Shown: positions 12,001 to 27,000, counted from the first letter of the stretch. The stretch is 64,000 nucleotides of DNA from an uncultured Planctomycetia bacterium (GCA_964415355.1 CAYPYS010000001.1:283819-347818), one strand, 5' to 3'. The notes: generated by a model not told the origin, from the letters alone. Made by a program: numbers and translations.

Positions 12001-15000
12001 GAGAAGAGAAGAAAGAGTCATGAATAAGTACCAGACTTTTAGCATAGCTGGAGTTATGCCCTTTGTATTTACTAACACTGCTGTTAGAGTAAAAAAGATG
12101 ACTAGATTTACAGTCATGTGATAGGCTTTATCTCGCTTGTTCTCTATATCAGGGTTTAAGAAGAAGCTATATATAAAAGGTATCCTTGAAAGAAGTATCC
12201 AGGCTGTTATGAGTGAAAGCGCGAATAAGCCTGCGATAGCTCCTTCTAATCCTCCGAATGTTATGTAGCCTAGGTATGCAGAACCAGATACTGAGCCAAG
12301 GAATGTGGTTATAGCTCCTAATACCTTTGCTATAGTGGGTATCCTTCTACGCAGGAGGTGCCAATTAATGCTATAGTCTCTACTTGAGTCTTCACTAAAG
12401 GCTTCTTGTGTATTAAATAACTCTTTTAGGTGATTTTGTAACTTTTTTGCCTCTTCTAATATCTCAGGTGCTAATTCACCTCGTCTTTTGTGCTTATATA
12501 GCTCTAGTAAGGCTTTGAGCTTACTATCTATTAGAGATATCCTCTCTCCCTCCTCTTTATTTGCAGTCTCAGATGCTTTTTCTAAGAGATTATTTAATGC
12601 ACCTATACTGCGTGTTAGGTCTATACCTTTAGGAGACGAAAGGCCTTCTTTTATGAGGCTAAGGAGCTTTTTTGCCTCAGAGATATACTTTTCTGCTTCA
12701 GAGGTGGTTTTGTCTGAGGCCTGGGTAGTATCTGGCTGGGATTGGGTATTTTTTACAGGCTGAGCAGCTTCTCTTTCTTCGGCTATGTCATTCTGAGCTT
12801 CAAGAGGAAGTGCTTGAGGCTCTGCACTCTCTCTTTTGGGGAGATGGATGGGTGAGGGGCTGGTTTTTCTCCTTACCTTCCACATGCGGATCTCGATGAA
12901 GCCTCTGAGCTCTTCTAAGAGTTCTTTTGCTTGAGGCTCATCTAGCTTTCTTAGCTTTTCTAGTAAAGCTTCTCTCTCAGATTCATCTGCTACTTGGTGG
13001 TAATATAGGGCGAGCATGGCTTTCATATCGATATATCTGGAATCTATATCATCTAACAATGTCTGTATAATATTGACTTTTTCTTTTCGCTTAGATAATT
13101 TTGATATCTCAAGAAGCTTCTCTGTCGTGTTGCTAAAAATAGATTCTGGTGTTCCGCGTAGAAAACGGGAATCCTCTGACCACAGGACTATATTGCGTTT
13201 AAACTTTGAAACAACAAGTACAATATCAACTGCTATATCAAGAACCTTGTTTAGATTGCCGGGATCATTCCAACTTGTGAGTAACTTGCTGCGCATGGCA
13301 AACTCATCATATCTCAGATGAAAACAAGCTATGCTCATTGTAACCGGGTCTTCTTCGCATACAAAATTACTGAAATCTGCCACACTTGGCTTCTTAACGT
13401 GAGTTTGTCTGATGCGATCACGCATCTCATTTGCCAGTTTTACAGCTTCTCTATCAAATTCATCTGCATTGTCAGGCGCATTAATGTCCTCTTCCAAAAG
13501 CCTGCTGAAAACTAACGGGAGCGTCCTTCTTGCCAGCTCCAGCGCGCCGCGTATCTCAGCGCGCATGCGAGAATCTTCCGGATCCACTGCAATAGCAATG
13601 GTGACATTGTCGCACGGATATGCAAGCAGCCACAAGACAACTTGCTCTTCGTTAACCCCTATCCTAGCAATTGTCTCTGAAAAAATATCGCGGATAACAC
13701 TTAATATTATCCTGTCATCATTGAGCAACTTGTTAAAACGCCCCATCATCCTATCCACGTCAACATCAACAAAAATAATGTCCTGCTCGTTATCTATCCC
13801 GTCTTGTAATAATTTTGTTAATGCAACCCGGCCATACCTTAACTCGTCTTTTTGCTCTTCTTCTATTACCGTAATCTTTTTAGCAGCTACACCTGTGGGC
13901 AGTGCTAGGTTGAAGCTAGAATCCATATCAACTATCGGTTCCTCCGCGACCTCTATCATCACCTCTTCACCCTGATTCCTGGTTTCGTATTCAGCAGCTG
14001 CCTGCTCAGCCATTGCGAGGATTTTTTCGCGCTGCGCCGCAGGTACAACAAGCCGCAATGGACGAATAGTCAAATCTTCAACTATTCTTGTCTCAGGCAC
14101 AGTCTTTTCTAATACAGGTACATGATCGACATCCTGCGCTTTTTGATAGACCAGCCACACTGTCCTGTCGCCTGATATTTTATCTTTATATTGTAAAATA
14201 TCTTCGTCTCCTATGGCGCTACTCATTGTTCGAACCGTCTGCTCTCTTTCGTCTGCATTATAACTAACATCTCCTCCTTTTCCGTAACCAACAACTAGCG
14301 TACCGCCAGGCTTTAATATCTCGGCTGCTTTCTCAATAATCTTTATTTTCTTATTATGATCTACAAGACCGGAAGACAGCACTTTTCGCATAAGAACAGC
14401 ATCGACATCAGTAAGATCTGAATCAAGAAAATCGCCTTTTATGGCCACATTGGGGCAAAATTCCGGCACATAATTTTTTAAGAGTTCGGTCTCACTAACT
14501 CCTGGTTCATAAACCGTGACATTCGCGCCTTTTAGATCCGCAAGGAAAATAAATATCATGTCATAACCCGCTCCGACTTCTACAATATCCATCCCAGGCT
14601 TTACATCTAACTTATCAATAGCGCTAAGATAATCAGGGACTATATCAGAAAATTGGGCAACAAGGCGAGTTAGTTTACCCACAATATCTTTCGGTAATAT
14701 CGATTCAGCGTCAAAAATATTGATCAGCTCAGTGAAATAATTCTTTACATCTTGCACAAGTGGCTCGCTTAACTCTAAAAATATATCCTGATCTTCAGAC
14801 ATCATAGAAGTAGTCACATGTAGAAATAAAGCCGGAAGGCTCGGGACAAAACCATGAGTATGCGCCCTTGCCATGACATCATAAGATAGCATGCGAGTAG
14901 CATTAACAGAAGAAAGCGACTCAAGCACTTCCTCCTGGCTATTTTCATCCAGCTGCAAGAAGTCATAGACTTCCATAAGCCTGACCATGATCTCCTGAAA

Positions 15001-18000
15001 AACCATAGGCGCGCTAAGTTCAGCTTCTCTCGCGCTCAATAAAGCTCCTCTCTCGATTTTTGCACTTTGTAGGCCTAAAAGAGATATGGGAAAAGCTTGA
15101 ACAGTAATATTGTCATCTCCGCTTACCTTCAAAGTCTCAAGCGCGGCAACGATTTTATCCTCTCCTATCTTAGCACCCTCGCTTTTCCTGCGCGCTCTAT
15201 TTAGCTGCTCCAGGATCACCTTTGCCCGCTCCTCGTCTCCTGTGATTATGTCAAAAAGCCCGTGTTCGTCATAATGGCCAAAGTGATCTACCATCATAAG
15301 AAACCCATACTCCAACGTTCCTGCAGACTTAATATATTTATCTTTATCAGAAGGAAGTAAAAACCCATTAGGGTGAGAATGCGCAAAAAACCATATTAAA
15401 TAATGGCTATTACTCTTTATCATAATGCTAGGAGCTTTATCAGGTTCGCCTTTTGTAATAATCCATACCCCGCAATAGTTACGCAATCCTATTTCAAATG
15501 GCGCATCAATATCACTGATATCAGATAACAATTTATCTATAGCGTGAATCTGTTCTGTCATTTCTGACGCAGACATATTCAGTTGCCAATCCAAGACAAA
15601 AGAAGTTCCTGCTAAAATATTTTCATTAAGAATATGTCCTCTTATATCATTAATACTTCTAGCATAACCACTCAATACCTTACGCGCCTTTTCTAAGTGT
15701 CCTTTTCTTGCCAATATCTCAAAGATCGCAAAATCCCTCTGAAGGCGCCTCTGGTATTCTTCTAGTGATGCGCCTGGACCTATTCCCAGTGCCTCTTTTT
15801 CCAATATCCCAGCTATATCAGAATACGGATTAAGCACAAGTGCCTCAACAATATCTTCGACATCTATGCCGCTTATAACAATACCACGCTCAGATCCGCC
15901 TCTGAAAATTCCATGATTACCTCTTGCTAGGTGCCGTACGATCCTTTCCACCTCTTCTCTTTCCTGAGCCAGGATATGTTCTAAAAAATACTTGTATTCG
16001 TTAAGGTAAAGTTCTTTGTAAGAATATCTGTCATCGCTACTCAGCAGATTATCTATTGCCGATAAAATATTGTTTGCCAATTCAAGAATGTTATCCCGAG
16101 CCTCAGACTTTAAAAACCTCTTAAGCGCATCAATTGTCTCTTGAATAATTAACCTATCTGTAGAACTTTCGAGAACTTTAACCAGACTATGAATCCCGTC
16201 TGGATTGTTCGAATAACCAATAGCCCTGATTGCAGAACACTGTATGCGACAGTCTGAAGTTTCTAGGAAAGGCAGCACTCTATTTAAATCAGTCGGTTCT
16301 CCAAAAAACGATATATAACGCAAAGCCATAGAGCGAATATATTTATCATCATGCCCCAGCAAATCGGCCACTAACGGAGTTGCCTCTTTTATCTTAAGAG
16401 ACCTAAGCACAGAAATAGCGACGTATAACTGATCAACTGTAGCTTCTTTTGGTTTCTTTAAAATCTCGATCAAGGCATCTATGATCTCCCTCGACCCAAT
16501 GCTCCCAAGAACATGCGCAGCATCGGATCTTTTGTCTATTTTGCCTTTTAATAGATCTTCTAAGATTTGAGCATGCGTATTAAGTATCTCTAGGCTATTT
16601 TCAATAGGAAGAGTTACGCTTTCGTTTTCAGGGCTTTCAGGCATGTTTATTCCAAGCATATGACGCAATACTTCCTCTATCCTAGGATCATTAAAACAGC
16701 ATGACAGAAGAGCGATGTTTTCCTGTAGCACCCTGGTCTTTTCTCTTTTTTCTTCGGTTTGCCCAGATAACTGCCAGTAAAACTTGATCAAGGGTTCAAC
16801 AAAAGCAGCATGGTTAATATCCATATTCATAAAGGATTCAGCAAAAGCAGCACGGTTAATATTCTCCATACCAGTTAAGATTTTAATAAGTTCTTCTATG
16901 CGCCCTTCATCTTGAGGGACCTTCAGCTGACTGATAAACCAATTAATACTTCTCTCGTCACACTGCCTCGCCAATGCCACAGCTGCCGGCAAGGCAATAT
17001 CAATATCTTTTTTGAGCATTAGATCATGCAAACGTGTGCTGTCTACAACCATTGCTGTCTCTAATCCAGCATCTATTGGCATAAGAATATCATCCGCGAT
17101 TTCCTTTCCGAATACTGCCTTCATTTTCTGAATAAGGGCTGTTGGAAGATCTACTGCGCCGCGATAAAGCCGCGCAATCTCTTCTGCGACATTACCTACT
17201 ACCAGCGCAACGCCTTCTCTTGTGTCATCCTCGCGATTACTGTCATTCCTGTGTTCTTCATTGTCATTCTCGCAAAAGCGGGAATCCACTTTCCTCGCCA
17301 CGATATCGAGGAAAGGCGTAATAGCTCCAGTAACAGGATCCACCCACGCCCCGAGCATACCCATTGCCCAACGGGTGATGAGTCCAATAAAGCCATTGCG
17401 AGAAACCTCAGAAGATGAAACAGTATCTATAACAGTAAAAACTCCTACATTATGTGAAGCATTATCATCTATAATATCATCTTCTCGTTTAATAATAATA
17501 CCTTGTGAAGCCATTTCTTTTGCTATTTCTTCGACAATATCCACTCTTTTGAAATCTTCATCCGGCGTATTTGAAACCATTATAACAAGCTGGCCACCGT
17601 GCTCTAGGATTTCAAACGCCTTTCGGACCATCTTTTTCTGTACATCCAAAGGCACGACTCCATGAGGCCGAATCGGACTTATGATCCTCGACATAACCAC
17701 CATATTATATTTATGTCTAAAGCTGTACTTGGTCACATCAGCGCATTCATATGTAATACCAAGACCCGATCTCTTAGCAATATCACTTTTTAGACTTTTT
17801 ACACTTTCTGGGTCTATTTCAATACCTAAATATTGAGCTCCCATTGAATGAGCTACTATACCAGGAAGACTCACGACTCCAGGACCAAACTCTACTATTT
17901 TATCTCCTGGCACAATACCTAACTTCTTAAATAAACCGAAAATAAAACTCTCTCTAATGACAGGTGATAATTTTAAGTTTTCAGAAGCCGAGGAAGTGCC

Positions 18001-21000
18001 GAGCCTTACGGGCTCGACCAATCTCCTTTTAATCTCCCCAGCTAGCTCCTCCAGCGCCTCTTGCCGCTCGGTATTGAACTGTTCGAGAATCTCACGAGGA
18101 ATACTGTTCGAGCGAGGCGACTCCAAATCTGCTTCTCGACCTTGCTCGAAGAGGATTTGGAGTCGACGAGTCGAGAACCTATTCTGAATCTCTTCTATCT
18201 CACCCTGCAGCCACTTTGCAAATTGCCTAATCGGCTGCGGAACCGCTTCTATGCTAATTCTATCCCATGCTTCTCCATTCTTCTCGACAACCCTATAGAG
18301 AAATCCATTTTTACCAAAAACATCCTGATTCCTAAAATCAGTGTCTATATTTGCAACTAGCTCAAGTTTAATTCCTCTCGCATCTGCCTCCTGACTCAAA
18401 ATCCATTCTGCGGATTTTCCATAATATCCTGTCCTTGTATCGCTCGTTATAAAAATAGTCCCGCCAAGAGTTATGAAATCAAGTATTAAATTGATTATCG
18501 ATGTTTTTTCCTCTCTTGTAAAATGATAGTGGATGTCGGTGAATACATTTAACATTGAGATATGGCAAAATGAACTCTCTGACCACTGCTCTGATTCCGC
18601 AACCTCAAATATGCCTTTGCCTTTACCGTAAATCTTCACATCCAAATGTCTGTCTAAATAACTCTCTATGTGTTCTTTTAAGTCTTTTGTATTATCTATT
18701 ACGTCTTTGTCGGGATCCACAGCATGCACTTCAAGTCCTCTTATTGCATCGAATATTGGCAACAAGGAAGCGCCATATCCTATATGCAGCGACTTATCTC
18801 CTATTTGAAGCGTTCTGTCTAAAATTCTAAGAGATTCTTCACTTGCAGTGCTTGGTTTACGATCTGGTAATTTCTCCAGCACATCTAAAAATTCTCTCAA
18901 ACCTTCGCTATCCCCAACCACTAGCTCCCCTATCACCATTTCATATAACCCTGCCAGAGCAGCTGCTGTAATCTGCTTTCTGTTCACTATTGCATCATTT
19001 ATTAGTTCGATGACGCTACTTTGGTAATCTTCACCAGAATCTGCCTTTTCAGCCTCCATCATAATCAACTCAGCGTTTCCACCAAGAGACATCTCAAAAA
19101 ATGTGCCTTTGATAAGATCGCTAACAAGAGGTGTTGCAACCGGACGCCAAGACGGATCCAAAGTGATTTCAAGCCCAGAATGCTTCAATACCTCTACAAA
19201 ATCATTGAGCTCGTCATAAATATGCTCTGTAAGTACAACAAACTTGCCCGCAACGCCAAGTAACAGGCTCGTTGAACGTGCAATATCAGCTGTGAACATA
19301 TGAGGCTCTTTTGGCATGCTATCATTTGGCGGCATAGGCCCGATCATATATATCTCGTCAAATCTAATCTTATCTCCAACCAAACCAGCAAGCTCCTCAA
19401 CCTTCATTCTTATTGATATGACATCTTCCAAAACACCTACAGAAGGAGCAAATACAAACTTTCCTTGTTCTGGTTCAACCCCAATAATAAGCCAGCTGGA
19501 ACTATCTTTTCTTTTTATGTCCCTTATATTCAATAATTCTTTCCCTTGGCCTGCTCCGATACAAAGCGCGCATTTAATATATTGTCCTTCCTCAATTTTT
19601 CTACGCAAATCTTCAGATATAAACCCATTCACATCATTTGAAGATAAGGATCCCAAAAGTTTTACAACTTCCTGTGCAGTTTTGCCTCGACTGCTGTCAC
19701 CGTAATCTGCCTCTATGGCTGCCACGAGAGCCTCGAACTCGTGCTCACCTTCATACTTAGTCACACTGTTATCTGTGATTCGATAAACAATTCTGCGCCC
19801 TGATTTTACCTGATCACCATAAAATATAGATTCTGCAATAGCTCTTAAATCTCCAACATCTGACAAAGCGTCCTCTAGCATAACTGTATTAATTGTTACC
19901 TTCTCCCAACTAGAGGTTTTTAACAAAATAAAGAATCCGCTCAGTAAGAATTTTTCTGCAAGTATATCAACACCCTTACTAAATCCTTCAGCTGTAGAAT
20001 CACTGAATAAATAAACAGGCCTGCCTTTAAATTCGTTATCTTCTGGCATAGATTTTAGCAAACCCTGCGCATCCTTAATGAGGGGGTCTTCGCTAGTAGC
20101 GATCTTCGCCTCACTAGCACCTGCTTCAATCGGAACACCAGAAGGTACATTAATCTCAGTCTCTATCTGTACATCTGCAGCCTGCTGTATGAGCTCAAGA
20201 GCACCCATTGTATCTTGTTGCATCTTCTCAGCTCGCAATCGCAGAAGTCGCGCAACAGCATCCTCGGTGTCCTGCATAAAAATCAGAGATATACTAAGAT
20301 CTGTTTTTCTGATAAGATCTATAACATCCTCTTTTTCACACCATTCTGGATCATGTACTCTAAGTCCTTGATCCTGTAATACTTCTACAAATCTATCCAG
20401 AGCTTCATCCCACCATTTTTCTGTCAACAGTGTAAATTGACCTGTTTCAGATAGCAATCGTGCAATTGCTTCTGCAATTTCAGGTTTAAACATATGCTTT
20501 TGCGTGGTAGCTTCGTCTGGCGGCCAAGGACCAATCATATAAACTTCGTCAAATTTAATTCTATTCGTAACTAAGTCTGCAAATACTTCAAGGTTTAATT
20601 GACATGATACTATATCTTCAGGCATATCCCCGCTGATAAAAGTAAAACTCCTCTTAAAAATAGCTTGGTCTGGCTCAAGGCCAATAATAAACCATTTCTG
20701 GGCATCCTGATTGTTTTTCTTTAATTCTTTTAAATTTAACAATTCCTGACCTGAGCCAACGCCTATACAAAGAGCTAACTTGACATCTTCACCTTGCTCT
20801 ATAGCCTTTCGCAGATCTTCGGAAATATTGCCCTTCACCTTTTCCTCAGGCAATGTGGTAAGAAACTCCAGAAACGCATGCGCATAACCTCTATTTGCAG
20901 TCGTCTTCGTTGTATTCGATTTCGACAATACATCATCTGCAGGCACAAGTAAGCTCACCGCGCCATCATCGGCTACGGCCAAAGCTAACTCTGCCTGAGC

Positions 21001-24000
21001 CTCATCGCGCGTAACACCAGGAAAGTCTATTTCGAACTGGACCATGTCCTGGCCGTCTATAATTTCATTGCTCGCCCTGATCTCGCCATTCATTTTATGC
21101 AGTGATCTCTTTACAAATGGCAATGCAATGCCATGATTAAATTCAGGCCTTTTGTGGTCCAAGACAAACAACTGTTCCAGGTCTCCTTCTATCTTTCCAG
21201 GATTTAAGATAGTAAGACGACTATAAACTTTACCATCTCCTGGTTCCACTCTAGAAAGCCTTAGAGTTACTTTTCTTGATGTCTCTGGTATTGTAGATTT
21301 ATTGCTAATGATTGCATTAAAACCGTTCGAAACAAGACGTTCGATAATTAGATGGAGTAGCTGCAGATGTCCTGAGATCAAAGAAATATCTTCTCCTATG
21401 ATAATCTCAACAGGAGCGTCTTCCCACTTTGTCTCTAGGGCTATCTCTCCTCTCTCGATCTTGCCTAAGTAATCTATTAAATCTATAATTTCAATGTCAT
21501 GTAAAAAGCTCTCTTTCATAGAAGCTCTTATAACTTGGATATTTACTATCCATCGAGAAATTATATTGCGACATTTCTCGCTTGCTTCTTTCTGTGAGAC
21601 ATCTGATACAATAATAATCTGCAATGCTCTCCTTAGTTCTTCTTCTATATCATCTAGAATTTGTATAAAATCTTCTGCAAGCCCGTTAAGCTCAGCAATA
21701 GTTATTCCATCTCTATCCGACAGATGATCTTTGAATTCTCCTTCTAGTTTTTCCCAGTAAATACGTTGTAAATTTTCAATGCTTCCTGTTAAATCTAAAG
21801 TTGTATAGTCCTGTTGCCATTCTTCAAACTTACTAATTACAAGCTGCGCCAGATTTGCAAAAGCCAAAGGCCCGCCATGCCCCATTATAGCAACAGCTAT
21901 CTCCAGATCATCCCAGTGATAAAGAGTCTCTTCTCCCAATGCTGCCACATCTCTTTGCAACCGAATCAAATACATACCATCCTTGAATTCATATTTAAAG
22001 ACAGGTTCTCTAAGAGCTATTTTTAAATCACGATCTTGTGAAGACCCAAAGTTGCTGATTAGAATACTCCCCTGTCCCTGAAGCGTCTCTGCCATGGCAT
22101 TTAACATAGAACGATATACCGTCTCGGTTTCCATGAGACCTCCTTTATTGATGAGCTTATTGGCATATGTACTGTCAAATAGCCCTGAGGAGATTATCAG
22201 ATCCACGCTTCCTGGCTTGACCAGATCTTCATAACGAGCCAATTCCTGCACCACATCTCCGATAACAGTAATATTAGAGCCTCTGTTGGTTTCCCATCTG
22301 GGATTTACTACTATGACCTGTGAATCAGGAAATCTTTCAGCTACAGTTATAGGGATATTAGCTGTATCCGGCCCTACAAACATTATGGTCTTACCGTTAA
22401 GGTCTGTAATACCTAATACCTTATTTAAATACCTGCTTTCAATAATCGGCCAGGAACTTGATAAACTATCGATAGCAATAGAATGAAGGTTGTCATCTGG
22501 CAGGAATAACGACTTCAAATCTATCTGCTGGCCTTCTTTTACTTCAGCTCTTGACTTCACAAGCTGCAGGCCAGCTGCAAGAGTATAAAGGACATGTTGC
22601 TGTCGCTTCTCTGACTCAGGCACGCCGTTTGTGAGTAGAAAACGTATCTTGCTAAGTATGTTTTCGCCTACTCTCTTTACTAATCCTGGAAGTGCGCCTT
22701 TTTTTGCATCAAAGATAGCTATATCTTTTCCATCTGTTTTCGCAAAAGCGAGCTGTGTTTCTTGAGATAAATCATCTAAATCAACGAGCATCTTAGGTCC
22801 ATGCGCAGTATCGTCTTCGGAGATTGCTTTGTCGCCTGCGGCTCCTCGCAATAACACATCCTCTCCTGCAATGACACCTGGCCACGTCACCTGGATTTGC
22901 GCACAGGGAATACCAGTATCGAAAACTTCTTCCAGAAGCAGAGGTAAAATATCTTCTATTTCGCCTTCTGCCTTATCCACCCGGATACCTTTTGTATCCT
23001 GCAATCCATTTTCAAAAACATGCAGCCAGTATTTTTTTGCCTCGGGTAGATCACCGATCCCTTTTCTGGCAATAAGTCCGACAAACGGAATTAACGCATC
23101 TATCCCAAACTGCCTATACGCATCTCTTGAGTCCTCTATATAAGCAAACAAAGGCTCTATCGACTCTAACGGCAAGTCAATATATCTATTAACGACTTCT
23201 TCAAGCATAGCCTTTTTAAATTGCTGCAGCTGTTCGCCTCTGGTGTTTCCATAGTCCTCTGGTTTGCCTGGAAATAAGGATATTTTTTCTTTTTCTTTGC
23301 GCCATAACATAATACACAAAGGAAACAATATTTCCGTCAATGCATCTTTAAACGAATCTGGCAGGGCTTCTTCGCCGACTATGTCGAATAAGCGACTAAA
23401 CTCTTCGATGCGAGTGCGCGTGTAAGTTATCTTCCCAGGTTTAGCTTTAAGGTCTAATTCAGCCATGTACTCATACCAGCCTCCTGTCCGCGTTTTATCA
23501 ATAGTAAAACCATAATGCTCTAGAACCTGCTGCGCTTCGTGTATTGCAGCTTGTGATTCTATTCTTAAACCAGCGCCGAAAAGCTCTGCCTGGCACCCTT
23601 CAAATTCAGCCCCTATTTCTTTAAGCGCACTAAGAATTTCTATTAAAGAAAGCCTTATATCGTCTGCCTGCCTTGAAAAACCTACCGCAATTGCCCATTC
23701 ATTCGACTGAAAAAAATGCCCCATGTAAACATACTGTCGTCCTTGTATCTCTATTTTTGGGATGCAAAGTCCTAGGCAATTCTTCACTTCATCTGTAGAT
23801 ACTAAACTCAATGTGCCTGAATCATGGGGGACCAATACGCTATACCCGGCATTAACTTCTAATCCACTCGCTGTATGAAGAATAGAAACTATCTCTACTG
23901 ATGCTTGTCCGCGAACTTGAGCATGGGATAATAAGATAAACTCTGTTTCCGGAAGGAGCCTTTGTAGTTCTGAAGTCAATCCAGGATTATTTAAAGTAAC

Positions 24001-27000
24001 TGGAAAAGAATCATCGGATTCATTCTTAAGCTCTATCCAATCTTCTGTATTTGTGGTTAAGAGGAGGTTTGCGATGGTGTGGGCAAGCTCTTGGTCCTGT
24101 GTTTCTCTTAATACTATTTGGTAGATTTCTTGTGCTATAGGAATTACAATGCGGTACCATGCGTTGATAATCTGCTCAAAGACTTCGTATGGATCGTTAT
24201 CTGGAGCCCTTGCGTGAATGGATTCGCCAAAGGCTTCAAGAGCAAGATTAATCTTTGCAATATCTTCATCAGTCACAGGCCTAAGCGGGTCAATAGTCAA
24301 GCTATCAGCAAGTTTTGCTAGCTCCTGTACGTCATTGTAAATCCTTTCTTCGTCATTGCGAGCGAAGCGAAGCAATCTCAAGATCGTCTTCTTGGTTTCG
24401 CGGGAACCGTTTTGCGCCTCGCAATGACGAGCCGCTGCTTCTAGCTCTTCAATCCTAGGGAAACGCACGCCAAGCGCTATATTTGGCTTATCTACCCCTG
24501 CTGCGTCCAGGATATTCTCTACCTGCTCCCTGGCTTTCTTTGCAGAATAACGTAGGTCAATGTATAGTTTCTTTTCGCCTGACGCCTTTTCGCCCAGCAC
24601 CCTGAGCGCCTCTCGAATCGCCGCAACACCTGCAGTGACCTTGCCGCGGATAAGATATACTATTTTCACAGCTCCGGCAATAAAAGGCAAGCTATCAGAA
24701 TCGATCATTGTGACATCTATATCATTAGAATCTTGATGATCTTCCACGGGTATATTAGAATCCGTAACAACTAAAGGTAAATAATTATATTCTCCTCTTT
24801 CGCTCTGAGGCGGAAGTACCTGTCCCATATCAATAGGAGTATATGGCAAAGTGATCATCACCTTCGTGCCAGTTTCGCATTGCAAAGAATCAGAATTACA
24901 AACTTTGGGTTTTGAGAATTTCCCGCCTTTATAAAAAATCTCATGAGCCTTTTTGCCTTTGACACGACTCGCTACCCGAATGCTCCCATCATGCATATCT
25001 ACGACATTCCTGACCTTTCCAAGCCCAAGCCCTGCCCCTGCAAATTCTAGATACTCGGGTGTCTCTGGATCAAAACGATGGAACGACGAGCAAATATAAA
25101 ACATAGACCTCAATCTCTTCTTCGGTATGCCCTTGTTGCTATCCTCTATAGTATAAACATAGCCTTCGTCAGTCTGATAAAAATCCTCATAGATCGTACC
25201 TGTCATAGACCTGTCTATAGGATCAAAATGAGCGTTTGTAACAGCATTTTTGAGTAATTCGTAAACCATCAATTCAATAGTATTAGCAAAAACAACTAAT
25301 TCCACTTCAACCTCTTTTGATGGGATTACCCTTTCTATCCCAGAAATATCTATGCCCTCTACCTCTTGAAAATACGATTTAAGCGTAGCCCAGGGATCAT
25401 CTGCCTCTCTAAAATAATATATATCTTTAAAATCGTGAATATATGGATACCTAATACTTGAAAAATATCCAAATAAGACAGAAAACATGATCTCTACCAA
25501 CCTGCAACTGTCAAAATTGATCTCGTCTAACCTATGTAAGCTGCGTTGTATTTTTTTACTGGTGGCTTTTTCCTCTAAGATATCTATAAAATTCATGTCT
25601 ATAACCGTAGGATAATTAGAAAATATTATGTATTTGGACAGATCTTCGAATAATTCTAAAAAGCAATCTATTGCCTTTTCGTATTTTGATTGTGTATATA
25701 AAATTTGACCTTCTTTAAACGCATCGAGCAATTCAATCTTAAGAGGCCTGATAAGAAGCAAGCGCTGGCCAATGACTTCTTCTTCAAAGATTCCACTTTC
25801 CTCCCCAAGGGAACCAGCGATCTTTTTAAGCAGTCTCATGTATTCATTGAGCAGCATATATAATTTGTTTATAACTACTAAAGTCATTTCAATTACTTCT
25901 TTTGTCTTTTTATCTTTAGGATATATCGCACGAAACATGTCAAAATAATCGTTAACGCGGCGTATCCTGCGGGACCTGGGCGCAAGAACCCTGCCGATAC
26001 TAAAGATCTCTTCGTTAAAAATCTCAGGAATGGTTTCTTCATCCAAACCTAATATATATTCTATCAATGTAATACTTCTAAGAGCCAAAGATGTTTTAGT
26101 ATTTATTAACGGGATCTCACCTTCAGCAGTATGCATAACGGGGATTTGCTTCTTTTTTGATCTACGACTTCTTTTGCTATGGCCTGATAAAGCTAGAAGA
26201 GAATCGTTGTCGAATCTTCGATTGGCAGCGATGATTCTTTCTTCTCTTTGCATGGCATCTTCTAAAATATTGCGAAAATCAGGACTCTTTGTTTTAATGC
26301 TTACATCGATAAGAAAACTTATGGCATCTTTGAAAATCTCTGCCGCGCAATCTTTCTTCTCAATAAAAGAGATCAAAAATACGACGCCTTTTTCATTAAG
26401 CTTCATTCTCCTAAAATTACGTTCGACATAATGGCCTAATGTATCTGGCAACTTTTTTCTTAAAAGAAGTTTGAGGTCTTCGTCTAGCAGCAGATGAATA
26501 TTATATGACAAAATATTACGCCTGATCATTTCATCTGAAAGATAAGGATTCATTTGAGATACTTCGCTAATAATAAGGCCTAATTCCTCAGCGCTTAATG
26601 TTAATTCATCAGCCATATCCCATATCTCTATAATACTCTCTGGTAAAACCACTGAAATATTAGACAAGACTTCTCTTCGAAATTCTGCATCCTTATTAAG
26701 CCTCGCGATAGTATCTTCTCTATGAATTTCTTCTGACAAGGCATGGGCTATATTTATATCGTCTTCATCTAAAACTATGTCTCTGAAATGTTCCACGAAA
26801 ATCTCCATTAATAAGTCTAGCTTTTCTCTCCTTTCCTCTGCTGATAATGGAGCTTTTTTCTTTTTCTTGATACCTGTATTTTGTCTTTCTTCCGGTTCTA
26901 TAATTGCCTCTTTTTCTGCTGCCTCTACCCCAACAACTGCCCGCATGCCGCCGCAAGATTCCTGCACTGCTGCAACAATAGCGTCTGATACATCTGACCT

